Shown here piece by piece: positions 18,974-27,795 of a DNA stretch of 64,000 nt; positions within the stretch are counted from its first letter, which is position 1; each line of letters starts with the position of its first letter. Under the pieces are notes generated by a model. It was not told the origin of the DNA, searched no databases, and saw only the letters and a list, made by a program, of their open reading frames with translations. The DNA comes from Candidatus Bathyarchaeota archaeon (GTDB taxonomy: Archaea > Thermoproteota > Bathyarchaeia > Bathyarchaeales > DTEX01). The DNA lies in the NCBI GenBank assembly GCA_018396655.1, contig JAGTQF010000001.1, positions 63,844 to 127,843 of the forward strand, in the 5' to 3' direction. The position numbers and the translations under genes are program-made.

Positions 18974-20452
18974 TTATGGTTCAAGTGTTATATAAGCATA
19001 AACACCGTTCATTTCAGCATCAATTTTGAATGCCACAATGTTATTGTAATTGTTTAATTCTATCGTGTTCCAGCTTGGCGCAAGTTTTACATCCTCGAAC
19101 TCATTGTAGTTTGCTGAGCCTATTATGTAATGTGCTATATGCATTATTGTTTCTTCTGGAACCCTTACCTTCAGTTTCTTCTCCGTGAACCCCCTCAGTG
19201 GAATTCCACCAACCCAGCCGTTTAAGCCCATCCCCAATCTATAGATACCATCTAATACGCCTATTCTGACTCCACTCATTGGCTTGCCTAAAACCGCTCT
19301 CGGCTCAAGCATGAATATTGTTCCCCTATTGGTTCTCCACGTTAACATCGGCTCATGATTTACGCATGACGCATAAAAGTAGAGATATTCGCCATCAAAT
19401 GCCATTCCCGACATATAGAAGACGTGCATAATTATTTGCGGAACCGACGAATCAAATCTTAACAGAACTGGCGTGCTCAATGAGTCGTCAACATGCGCTT
19501 CCCCCGTGTTTACTGGTATTAATGCCGAGCCATTTATAGATACAGGTCTTTGCGCTCTTGCGCCAGACCGGGTCCACTGTCTCTCAAGCTTATAGCATGC
19601 AAAAAATGGAAAGCCAAGAAGTCTCCTAGTTGAATTTGCCCTCCAATCCCGTACGACAATTATCGCCGGACCCTGAACTAAATATGCGAGTCCACCAACC
19701 CTAAACGCCGCTCCACTAAACACTATTGGAATCTCCCATACTGACCCATCAAATGCTGGGATCGAGTTTAAGACTTCATATTGATTTGATTGTGGATTAT
19801 AAGAGAACAACGCATTACTATGCCAGCTATTAGTTAATATTTGATCATGAAGTATGACCATTTTGTAAGCATTGCCGAAGAACATCTGCTCCATTTCATA
19901 TGTAGATAAATTAAACATGTAGAGACCTTGATCTCCACCCCAGTTAACATCTCCCCTAGCAACCCACAAAACATCCTTTTTTGGGTCGTAAAGTAAGTCT
20001 GTTACCTCAGCATACCAGTAATGCGGCTTTATTTTCTCATCCCACCTCTTTATCCACTGAAGCTGAACATTCCCATTCTCATCTATGACGTGTATGTGGC
20101 TGAATTTTCCTCTCCGATCGGCTTCCTCAAATTGCTGTTTATCTGGGTTCCTATATGTTGGGGCCTCACCCCATCCGCCGAAAAACACTCTATCTCTAGA
20201 GGTTTCTATTGCACCATGCGTATCGCCGCCCACGCGGGGTTCGGGTCCACATTTCTCATATTTATATGTGAGTTCGCCGCTAATGTAGAGTTCAGCGCAT
20301 GTTCCATCATGAAATATTAGTTCCCTTAGCTTTGGATGTATTGCTAAGTAGCCGTGGCCGCCTGCAGCCGTTATTCCAACGCAGAGTCCCGGTACCAGGG
20401 GAATCTGATTTTTGATATCTTTATGTTGAGAATCCATTTTTATCATCCTCAA
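18974..20452 (-). CDS. DUF2139-like conserved archaeal protein, probably beta-propeller-rich
   Basis: GPEPRVGGDTHGA...FFGGW, WYAEVTDLLYDP and GGIPL motifs recalled for DUF2139. Confidence 0.65.
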   Translation of the reverse strand: MRMIKMDSQHKDIKNQIPLVPGLCVGITAAGGHGYLAIHPKLRELIFHDGTCAELYISGELTYKYEKCGPEPRVGGDTHGAIETSRDRVFFGGWGEAPTYRNPDKQQFEEADRRGKFSHIHVIDENGNVQLQWIKRWDEKIKPHYWYAEVTDLLYDPKKDVLWVARGDVNWGGDQGLYMFNLSTYEMEQMFFGNAYKMVILHDQILTNSWHSNALFSYNPQSNQYEVLNSIPAFDGSVWEIPIVFSGAAFRVGGLAYLVQGPAIIVVRDWRANSTRRLLGFPFFACYKLERQWTRSGARAQRPVSINGSALIPVNTGEAHVDDSLSTPVLLRFDSSVPQIIMHVFYMSGMAFDGEYLYFYASCVNHEPMLTWRTNRGTIFMLEPRAVLGKPMSGVRIGVLDGIYRLGMGLNGWVGGIPLRGFTEKKLKVRVPEETIMHIAHYIIGSANYNEFEDVKLAPSWNTIELNNYNNIVAFKIDAEMNGVYAYITLEP

Positions 20453-20518
20453 AATATCTTAAGGGTTTCAAGCAAATATATAAAAGTGAAATCATTATAG
20501 TTATGGTGGTGACGGGTT

Positions 20519-21370
20519 TTGGAGAAGCGAAGATATGGTAAGTCTAATATTGACCTTTCGGTTGTTGGTTTTGGCGGAATTGTTGTCATGAATGAAGCTC
20601 AGGAGGTAGCTAACCGTATGGTTGCGGAGGCGATTGAGAGGGGCATAAATTACTTTGATGTGGCACCAAGCTATGGTAATGCTGAGGAACGCTTGGGTCC
20701 AGCGCTTAAGCCATACCGTAATTCAGTCTTCCTTGCATGTAAAACTGCTAAGCGCACAAAGAGGGAGGCTTGGGAAGAGCTTCATCAGTCGCTTAAGCGC
20801 CTATGTACAGACTACTTTGACTTATATCAGCTGCATGCCGTTACAACAATTGATGAGGTTAACCAGATATTTAGCGATGGTGGAGCAATAGAGGCCCTTA
20901 TAGAGGCTAAAGAGCAGGGGATTGTCAAATATTTGGGTTTCTCAGCCCATAGTGAGGAGGTTGCGTTAGCTCTACTAGATAGATTCAATTTTGATAGTAT
21001 ACTCTTTCCAATAAATTGGGTATGCTGGTATCAGGGAAACTTTGGGCCCAAAGTTGTTGAAAAAGCCAGAGAGAAGGGTGTTGCAATATTAGCCCTAAAA
21101 ACTTTCGCTAAGAGAAAGTTAAGGGAAGATGAGAAAAGAAAATGGCCTAAGTGCTGGTATTATCCTGTTGAGAATTTCGAGGAGGCCCTTATGGCCGTTA
21201 GGTTTACGCTCTCTCTTCCAGTTACCGCAGCAGTCAGTCCAAGCCATGCAGAGCTATTATGGTGGATGTGTGATGCAGTAGAAATGTTTAGGCCCTTATC
21301 AAAAGAGGAGGAGCAGGAGTTAGCTGAGAGAAGTAAAGGACTGGAGCCAATCTTTCCAATAAAGCATTAG
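20519..21370 (+). CDS. Aldo/keto reductase
   Basis: GINYFDVAPSYG, LACKT, DLYQLH, LGFSAH. Confidence 0.92.
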   Translation: MEKRRYGKSNIDLSVVGFGGIVVMNEAQEVANRMVAEAIERGINYFDVAPSYGNAEERLGPALKPYRNSVFLACKTAKRTKREAWEELHQSLKRLCTDYFDLYQLHAVTTIDEVNQIFSDGGAIEALIEAKEQGIVKYLGFSAHSEEVALALLDRFNFDSILFPINWVCWYQGNFGPKVVEKAREKGVAILALKTFAKRKLREDEKRKWPKCWYYPVENFEEALMAVRFTLSLPVTAAVSPSHAELLWWMCDAVEMFRPLSKEEEQELAERSKGLEPIFPIKH

Positions 21371-21376
21371 CCCGGT

Positions 21377-22273
21377 CTACCAATATAGATTTAAGGCGCT
21401 GAGCTTATCCTTGAGCCTTGCCATTTCATCCGATTTTAGCGGCCTTAGTGGCTTTCTTGGTAATCCAGCTCTCACACCTCTTAATTCCATCGCGGCCTTT
21501 ATCGACGCTATGTTTGATGGTCCACCAGTATAGAGTATTCTTCTTAATGCATTCACCTTCCTCTGGAGTTCAAGCGCTCTCGTAATGTTATTCTCCTTAA
21601 ACGACTCGTATAATTCGACCATAAGCTCCGGAGCTGCATTAGCTACTCCGGATATTTCAGCGTTTGCTCCAACCAGTAGAGCTGCCAAAAGTATATCATC
21701 AGCACCATTTATGACAGTTATAGGTTTTGGCGCTGTCTCTATTATCTCTTGAAGCTGGCTTAAATTTCCACTTGAATCCTTTATCCCTACTATGCCCTCT
21801 ATTACACATAGTCTTCTGAAGATTTCAGGTGTGAGGTTAAAGCCCGTTATCTGTGGAATATTATAGGCAAATACGGGTATATGGGATGATTCGGCAATCA
21901 TCTGATAATGCATTATCAATCCCTCAATATCCGGCTTAAAAAAGTATGGTGTAATTGCTCCAACAGCTTTAGCACCAATCCTCTCAGCATGCTTAGCCAG
22001 CTCCACACACTCATTGGTATTTGTTGTGCCAACGTGAACTATCACCGGAACCTTACCGCTAGCTTCCTTAATAACGGTCTCAGCGACGGCTTTCCTCTGC
22101 TCAACACTCATTAAAGCTCCTTCCCCAACAGTTCCACAGACAAAAAATCCGTGAACTCCACCCTCAATCTGGAAGCGCACAACATCCCTAAGAGCCTCAA
22201 AATCCACATTTCCATCAGAATCAAATGGTGTAATAATGGCTGGAAATATACCCTCAAAAAGCGGTTTGCCCAT
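21377..22273 (-). CDS. DapA/NanA/KDG-aldolase family class I aldolase
   Basis: PAIITPF, CGTVGE, YNIP, GIKDSSG. Confidence 0.92.
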   Translation of the reverse strand: MGKPLFEGIFPAIITPFDSDGNVDFEALRDVVRFQIEGGVHGFFVCGTVGEGALMSVEQRKAVAETVIKEASGKVPVIVHVGTTNTNECVELAKHAERIGAKAVGAITPYFFKPDIEGLIMHYQMIAESSHIPVFAYNIPQITGFNLTPEIFRRLCVIEGIVGIKDSSGNLSQLQEIIETAPKPITVINGADDILLAALLVGANAEISGVANAAPELMVELYESFKENNITRALELQRKVNALRRILYTGGPSNIASIKAAMELRGVRAGLPRKPLRPLKSDEMARLKDKLSALNLYW

Positions 22274-22397
22274 TAATTGGCCTCCTTAAAGACTATGTCT
22301 ATTACTATACAGGAGATGGCAATATTTAATGCTTATTAATAACCACCAAAAAGATTAATAGAGAAAAAGTAACGTAGACTAAATAGTGAAATGAATA

Positions 22398-22475
22398 GCG
22401 GCCGTCGTCTAGCCTGGTCTAGGACATCGGCCTGCCACGCCGGTAACCCGGGTTCAAATCCCGGCGGCCGCACCA
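22398..22475 (+). tRNA. tRNA-Gly(GCC), intron-less, encoded CCA
   Basis: GCGGCCG/CGGCCGC acceptor stem, TCGGC-CT GCC AC-GCCGG anticodon arm, CCGGG-TTCAAAT-CCCGG T arm, ACCA end. Confidence 0.96.
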
Positions 22476-22624
22476 AGAGTTTCTTCTAAAATCATTATGA
22501 GCCATCTTATGAGTTTCGAAATGGGATGCAGGCTTAAAGACCTTAGGTCTCCAAGAGTCAGGTTGAAGCTAACCTTAATTTTGCTGTATGCTTATATCTT
22601 TATTATTGTGTGGGGTGCTAGAGG

Positions 22625-25021
22625 TTGTCGGTTTATCGTTTCTGGCTGCTGGACATAAATTATGTTGTTAAGGGGCATCAGCCTGAGGTTTGGCTTTGGG
22701 GTATGGGAAGTGATGGGAAGAATGTTCTGATCATAGATAGAGGTTTCTTATCATACTTTTATGTTATCCCATCCTCTGGCGAAGATGTTGAAAGATTGGC
22801 TGAGAGAATAGCGCGGCTAAAGGCTAATCTATCTTTTATGGCCGGACTGGAGGTTGTTGAACGTAGGCTTTTCGGCAAACCGGTGAAGGCTATAAAAATC
22901 TACTGCCAGGACCCGGATTTGATATCTGAGTATGTGAAGGTTGTTTTGAAGGTTAGGGGCGTTGAGAGCTGCCTAGAAGATGATTTAAGGTATTCAATGC
23001 GGTATCTTCTCGACAATAATGTTGTTCCATGCGGCTGGCATGAGATTGAAGCCGAAGAGATACCTAACACAATAGGCGTTCAAGTTGATAAAGTGTTGCT
23101 GGCAAAATCTAGGCCTAAATATCTTCCAGACATTCTTGAGATACCTAAACTAAGGATTTTGAGCTTCTCAATGGTGTGCTATAGCCCTAAAGGCGCTCCA
23201 AAACCTGAGAGAAATCCGGTCGTTATCATCTCGGTGGTAACTAATGAGGGTGATGAAAGGCAGTTTGTGGCTGAATCCTCTGAAGGCGATTATAATATTG
23301 TCAGGGATTTTATTGATTATGTGAGGAGGTTTAACCCAGATATAATTGTAGGCTTTGAGAGTAATCGAAGAGACATACCCTATTTGCTGGTGAGAGCGAA
23401 GAAGAATGGGTTAGCGCTTAAGATTGATAGGGCTAATACTGAGCCGCATACGAGCACATATGGTCATATGTCTGTGACTGGTAGAGCAAACATAGATATA
23501 TTTGATTATGCGGATGAGTTCCCAGAAGTTAAAGTTAAGACCCTAGAAAACATTGCCGACTATTTAGGCGTCATGAGAATTAAGGAGAGAACAATAATCG
23601 AGGATGTTGATGTCGCCCAATACTGGGAGGACCCTGCTAAGAGACCAATTCTACTAAGGTTCTCTATGGATAATGCGAGATGTATAATGGGTATAGCTGA
23701 AGCCATATTAGACTTCGCTATCCAGCTCTCAAGCCTAGTGGGCCTACCCCTAGACCATATTGGCACCGCGGCTGTGGGCTTTAGGGTTGAGTGGTTTTTG
23801 ATGCGCCATGCGTGTCAAATGGGTGAGCTAATACCAAAAAGGGTTGAGAGACCCTATGTTCCATATGCTGGGGCAATAGTTCTTGAGCCTAAGCCTGGAA
23901 TACATGAAAATATTGCGGTCTTAGATTTTAAGTCCATGTATCCGAATATAATGATTGCCTACAATGTTTCACCTGACACATATTTATCTCCAGAAGAGCC
24001 AGACCCACCTTCCGGGGTCTATGTCGCACCGGAAGTTAACCATAGGTTTAGAAAGGAGCCCTCTGGCTTCTATCGCGAGGTTCTCTTAAGGCTCATTAAG
24101 GCTAGAGATTACATTAGGGTTGAGCTCAAAAAGTTTAGGCCTGGAAGCCCGGAGTATAAATTGCTTGATGCACGTCAGAAGGCTATTAAGGTTATTACTA
24201 ATGCGACTTATGGTTATGCTGGATGGATAGGTGCTAGATGGTATATTAAGCCTGTCGCTGAGGCTGTTACCGCGTGGGGCAGATACACGATTACAAATAC
24301 TATTAAGATGGCCAGGAGCCTTGGTTTAGAAGTTGTTTATGGCGATACTGACAGCATTTTCATAAGGTATGAGCCTAGTAAAGTTGAGAAACTATCTAAG
24401 ATGATTGAGGAGAGTTTGGGTTTAGAGATAAAGCCGGATAAAATCTATACACGAATACTTTTTACTGAAGCTAAGAAGCGTTACTGTGGGCTTATGCCGG
24501 ATGGAACACTTGATATCGTTGGTTTAGAGGTTGTTCGAGGTGACTGGGCTAATGTCGCCAAGAATATTCAGGAGAAAGTTCTTGAGATAGTCTTGAAGGA
24601 GCAGTCAGCCAGAAAGGCTGTTGAGTATGTGCGCAAGTACATAGCGGACCTTAGAGATAGAAGGGTTCCATATAGGGATTTGGTTATATGGAAGTCTCTG
24701 GCGAAGTCCCTTGAGGAGTATGAGGTTAGAGCACCGCATGTTGAGGCTGCTAAGATGCTTCAGAAGGAGGGCTGGGTGCTGGCTGCTGGTGATAAAATAG
24801 GATACGTTATAACTATAGGCTCCGGGAAACTCTATGAACGGGCTAAGCCCTACACCTTAGCATCATATGATGAGGTTGACATAGAATATTACGTGACAAA
24901 CCAGGTTATTCCAGCAGCCCTAAGAATACTTTCCCTCTTTGGCGTTAGGGAGGAGGAGCTTTTATCCCCGAAGTCGGCTAAACCTCAAAGCCTTCTAGAC
25001 TTCTTTGGTAGGGACAAGTAA
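22625..25021 (+). CDS. polB: Family B DNA polymerase (PolB3-like) with degenerate exonuclease motifs
   Basis: DFKSMYPNIM, QKAIKVITNATYGY, YGDTDS, KKRY, GLEVVRGDW; C-terminal PIP-like QSLLDFF. Confidence 0.95.
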   Translation: MSVYRFWLLDINYVVKGHQPEVWLWGMGSDGKNVLIIDRGFLSYFYVIPSSGEDVERLAERIARLKANLSFMAGLEVVERRLFGKPVKAIKIYCQDPDLISEYVKVVLKVRGVESCLEDDLRYSMRYLLDNNVVPCGWHEIEAEEIPNTIGVQVDKVLLAKSRPKYLPDILEIPKLRILSFSMVCYSPKGAPKPERNPVVIISVVTNEGDERQFVAESSEGDYNIVRDFIDYVRRFNPDIIVGFESNRRDIPYLLVRAKKNGLALKIDRANTEPHTSTYGHMSVTGRANIDIFDYADEFPEVKVKTLENIADYLGVMRIKERTIIEDVDVAQYWEDPAKRPILLRFSMDNARCIMGIAEAILDFAIQLSSLVGLPLDHIGTAAVGFRVEWFLMRHACQMGELIPKRVERPYVPYAGAIVLEPKPGIHENIAVLDFKSMYPNIMIAYNVSPDTYLSPEEPDPPSGVYVAPEVNHRFRKEPSGFYREVLLRLIKARDYIRVELKKFRPGSPEYKLLDARQKAIKVITNATYGYAGWIGARWYIKPVAEAVTAWGRYTITNTIKMARSLGLEVVYGDTDSIFIRYEPSKVEKLSKMIEESLGLEIKPDKIYTRILFTEAKKRYCGLMPDGTLDIVGLEVVRGDWANVAKNIQEKVLEIVLKEQSARKAVEYVRKYIADLRDRRVPYRDLVIWKSLAKSLEEYEVRAPHVEAAKMLQKEGWVLAAGDKIGYVITIGSGKLYERAKPYTLASYDEVDIEYYVTNQVIPAALRILSLFGVREEELLSPKSAKPQSLLDFFGRDK

Positions 25022-25041
25022 AGCTCTGGCTGTCTCCCCAC

Positions 25042-26181
25042 CTATTCAAGTATATCATCAAATGTAAGTAGATTGACACTTAAGGGCTGCTTAACAACCT
25101 CAGATATTCTGGCCGCAACAAGATACTTGATATTCTTCTCGCTTGCTATGTCAACGAGCCTCTGCGTTATTATTCCATCGAAGACAACGGTGTTTACGCC
25201 CTCAAACTCCCTCAGTCTATCAGCCAGTTCACTAACCGGTAGCTTAGCTATCTGCTCCATCTTATCATCGAAGAGTATGGCTTCTAATGTTCCCTTGAGG
25301 CTCTCAGCCGCCTCAACGATGTTTTTTGGGACGAGAATTTTTTTGCGCCTCTTCTTTCGCTCAGAAATCTCCTCAACTGGAACCTTATTTCTTAATGCTT
25401 CCTCAATCTCTTTGGCTGTTAAATCTTCAACCTCCTTACCCCTAGGAGCCCTAGCCACATATTTTATGTTGGCAACTTGAAGGAGTTCTTTGAGAATTAG
25501 GTCTCCCCCATGGTCTCCATCTAGGAATGCGGTTGCCTCCTTCTCTCTAGTCAGTTTGATTACTGTCTCCGGTATTCTTACACCCTCCAGCGCTATAACG
25601 TTGTAAATGCCGTGCTTAACTAGGTTTATCACGTCAGCTCTACCCTCGACAATAATAATTTCCTTGGCTGAATCAACCTCTGGTCCAGCCGGAAGCTTCT
25701 CCGGTCCATACTCTCTAATCTTAGCCATCTTAAGTATCTCTGAAACCTCACGGAATATCTCCTCAGTCTCCGGTATGGTCTCCAGACTCCATTTGTGGAG
25801 TATCTCTTTAGCCCTTTCGATTATTGCCTTTCTCTTAGTCTCCCTAACATCCTCGATTCTCTCCAGGGTTACGCGAGCTGAGCAGGGGCCGACCCTATCT
25901 ATACTCTCGACGCTAGCGGCTATTATTGCTGTTGAGACTTTATCTAAACTAGTTGGTATAATGATTGTTCCAGTAGTCTTATTATCCCTCTGAGATGATA
26001 TCTCAACCTCTATCCTGCCAATTCTCCCAGTCTTCTGAAGCTCCCTCAAATCAAATTCGGTTCCAAAGAGCCCCTCAGTTTGGCCAAAAACAGCGCCTAT
26101 TACATCTGGCTTCTCAACTATTCCATCGACCTCAAACTTTGCCTTAATCACGTATTTAACCGCAAATGACTGTGAAGTCAT
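25042..26181 (-). CDS. dnaG: Archaeal DnaG (exosome-associated, Toprim domain)
   Basis: VEKPDVIGAVFGQTEG, LRELQKTGRIGRI, VEGRADV, DGDHGG. Confidence 0.95.
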   Translation of the reverse strand: MTSQSFAVKYVIKAKFEVDGIVEKPDVIGAVFGQTEGLFGTEFDLRELQKTGRIGRIEVEISSQRDNKTTGTIIIPTSLDKVSTAIIAASVESIDRVGPCSARVTLERIEDVRETKRKAIIERAKEILHKWSLETIPETEEIFREVSEILKMAKIREYGPEKLPAGPEVDSAKEIIIVEGRADVINLVKHGIYNVIALEGVRIPETVIKLTREKEATAFLDGDHGGDLILKELLQVANIKYVARAPRGKEVEDLTAKEIEEALRNKVPVEEISERKKRRKKILVPKNIVEAAESLKGTLEAILFDDKMEQIAKLPVSELADRLREFEGVNTVVFDGIITQRLVDIASEKNIKYLVAARISEVVKQPLSVNLLTFDDILE

Positions 26182-26323
26182 AAACCACCATTCTCCTCAA
26201 ACGACGGTATCAGGATGCACAGCCACAACTTTAACTCCACTAAAATATTTTTTCTCTAACATATATCTTTAACTTAAGCGATAGATTAAACATGCCCTTA
26301 AAACAAGCTTAATCAAAGTAGAA

Positions 26324-26734
26324 TTAAAGACGAGCTTTCCTCTTAAGGTTCTCAATGTAGGTTGCTAACCCCTCTACGTCCTTTAAATCATTCCCTAAGA
26401 GACTACATAATTTTCTCCAGAATTCAATGTTAAGTTTAACTTTGCTCCTCTCGAGATTTCTGGCTAGGCGCTCAGTTAACTCTCTACCATGCTCATCAAA
26501 GTCCATTAGGAGTATAATTTCTCTATCACCAATCGACTCAATCTTGTCTATAATATCTTGAAGGCTTTTACCATGAGATTTAACCGCCAATATATTGCTC
26601 TCAATACCTATGGCCTTAAGTGCTTCAATATCTCTCTCACCCTCAACAATCAATAGGGCTCCCGTGAAAGTCTCACCTTTTAAATCCTCAATTAAGCAGT
26701 TTATCTTCTCAATCTTTCGCTCAAGACTTGACAT
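26324..26734 (-). CDS. Small Toprim-domain protein
   Basis: IVEGERD, LLMDFDEHG, KDVEGL; ATG at 26734 preferred. Confidence 0.88.
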   Translation of the reverse strand: MSSLERKIEKINCLIEDLKGETFTGALLIVEGERDIEALKAIGIESNILAVKSHGKSLQDIIDKIESIGDREIILLMDFDEHGRELTERLARNLERSKVKLNIEFWRKLCSLLGNDLKDVEGLATYIENLKRKARL

Positions 26735-26759
26735 AATCCTCTTTTCCCGCACTAAAACA

Positions 26760-27629
26760 TCATATTTTGTGTGAACCCAGTATTTTTCCTTTTCCACCAA
26801 ACCTAACTATCGCTATAGGCTTATGCTTCACGCTTTTAAGCATATTCAATGTAACGCCGGATAAATCAACCCCAAATCTCTCAGCCATATCCCAAACTGT
26901 TAAGCCGGCTCCAGAACCCATAGCCTTATTTACAGCCTCAGCTATATCCAATGCTAGGTTTATATCAATCTCAGCTCCAGCTAACGCTAAGGGTGTTGAC
27001 CTACGCTTAAGCCTAAGGGCTCTGCCTACAACGTACGCTATGAAACCAAATAACGTATATATTCCTTTTAGGGGTTTTGGTCGGTGGGTGAAGTGCAGAC
27101 CACCAATAGAATATGTTTTATCAGTATCAATAATCATAACGGCAATTCTTCTACCAGTCTTATTCTCGATATGCTGTTTAATCCGTTCGGCAATATTCTG
27201 CGGGTTTTTTAGTGGTAGGCTTACATATGCATAAGGAAGATTACTCCCATCTATGCCGCCCTCGGAACCCCACATTAGTGCATGAAGAAAACCAGCGTAT
27301 TTTAATGCAACCTCTTTATGGGCAGCTCCCTCCCTAACCGGGTATTTTCTAAGCCGCTCAATATTCTCTCTTTTAAGATGGCATATTCTTCCAAGAAAAT
27401 AACCCCATATTATTCTCATCCAAAATCTGGCAATCAAATATGCAAGTAAGCTAGGCTTAATCTTAGATTCATCAATCACTAAGCCCTCACATATTGATAG
27501 GGCTTTCTCTGAAACAACGATTAAGTCGCCATCTGAAATTCTACCATTAACGGCATTTAGTATCCTATCAAGATAACTGTCGCCGGGCATCCAGTAGTCA
27601 GTCTTGATGGCTTCAACCGAAAAGTCCAT
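26760..27629 (-). CDS. F420-0:gamma-glutamyl ligase (CofE)-like family protein
   Basis: DGDLIVVSEKA, SEGGIDGSNLP, IIDTDKTY. Confidence 0.8.
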   Translation of the reverse strand: MDFSVEAIKTDYWMPGDSYLDRILNAVNGRISDGDLIVVSEKALSICEGLVIDESKIKPSLLAYLIARFWMRIIWGYFLGRICHLKRENIERLRKYPVREGAAHKEVALKYAGFLHALMWGSEGGIDGSNLPYAYVSLPLKNPQNIAERIKQHIENKTGRRIAVMIIDTDKTYSIGGLHFTHRPKPLKGIYTLFGFIAYVVGRALRLKRRSTPLALAGAEIDINLALDIAEAVNKAMGSGAGLTVWDMAERFGVDLSGVTLNMLKSVKHKPIAIVRFGGKGKILGSHKI

Positions 27630-27795
27630 CTCTAAACACCATCTCTAACAATGAAGAAAGCACGCCATTAAAATTAAGAGCAAAGGATTTTTAAAAGCAT
27701 CCTTCACTCAGCCAAAAATGGGGGATTGAGAGGAAAAGATAGGGTTATAGGCATGCCCTCAAAATTTATTTTTCGAGGATAACCTGGAGAGAACA

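Noticed and set aside
9420..22475. attL/attR duplication of a tRNA 3' end
   Set aside because: No repeat of either tRNA 3' half was seen; the similarity between the two tRNAs is ordinary tRNA conservation
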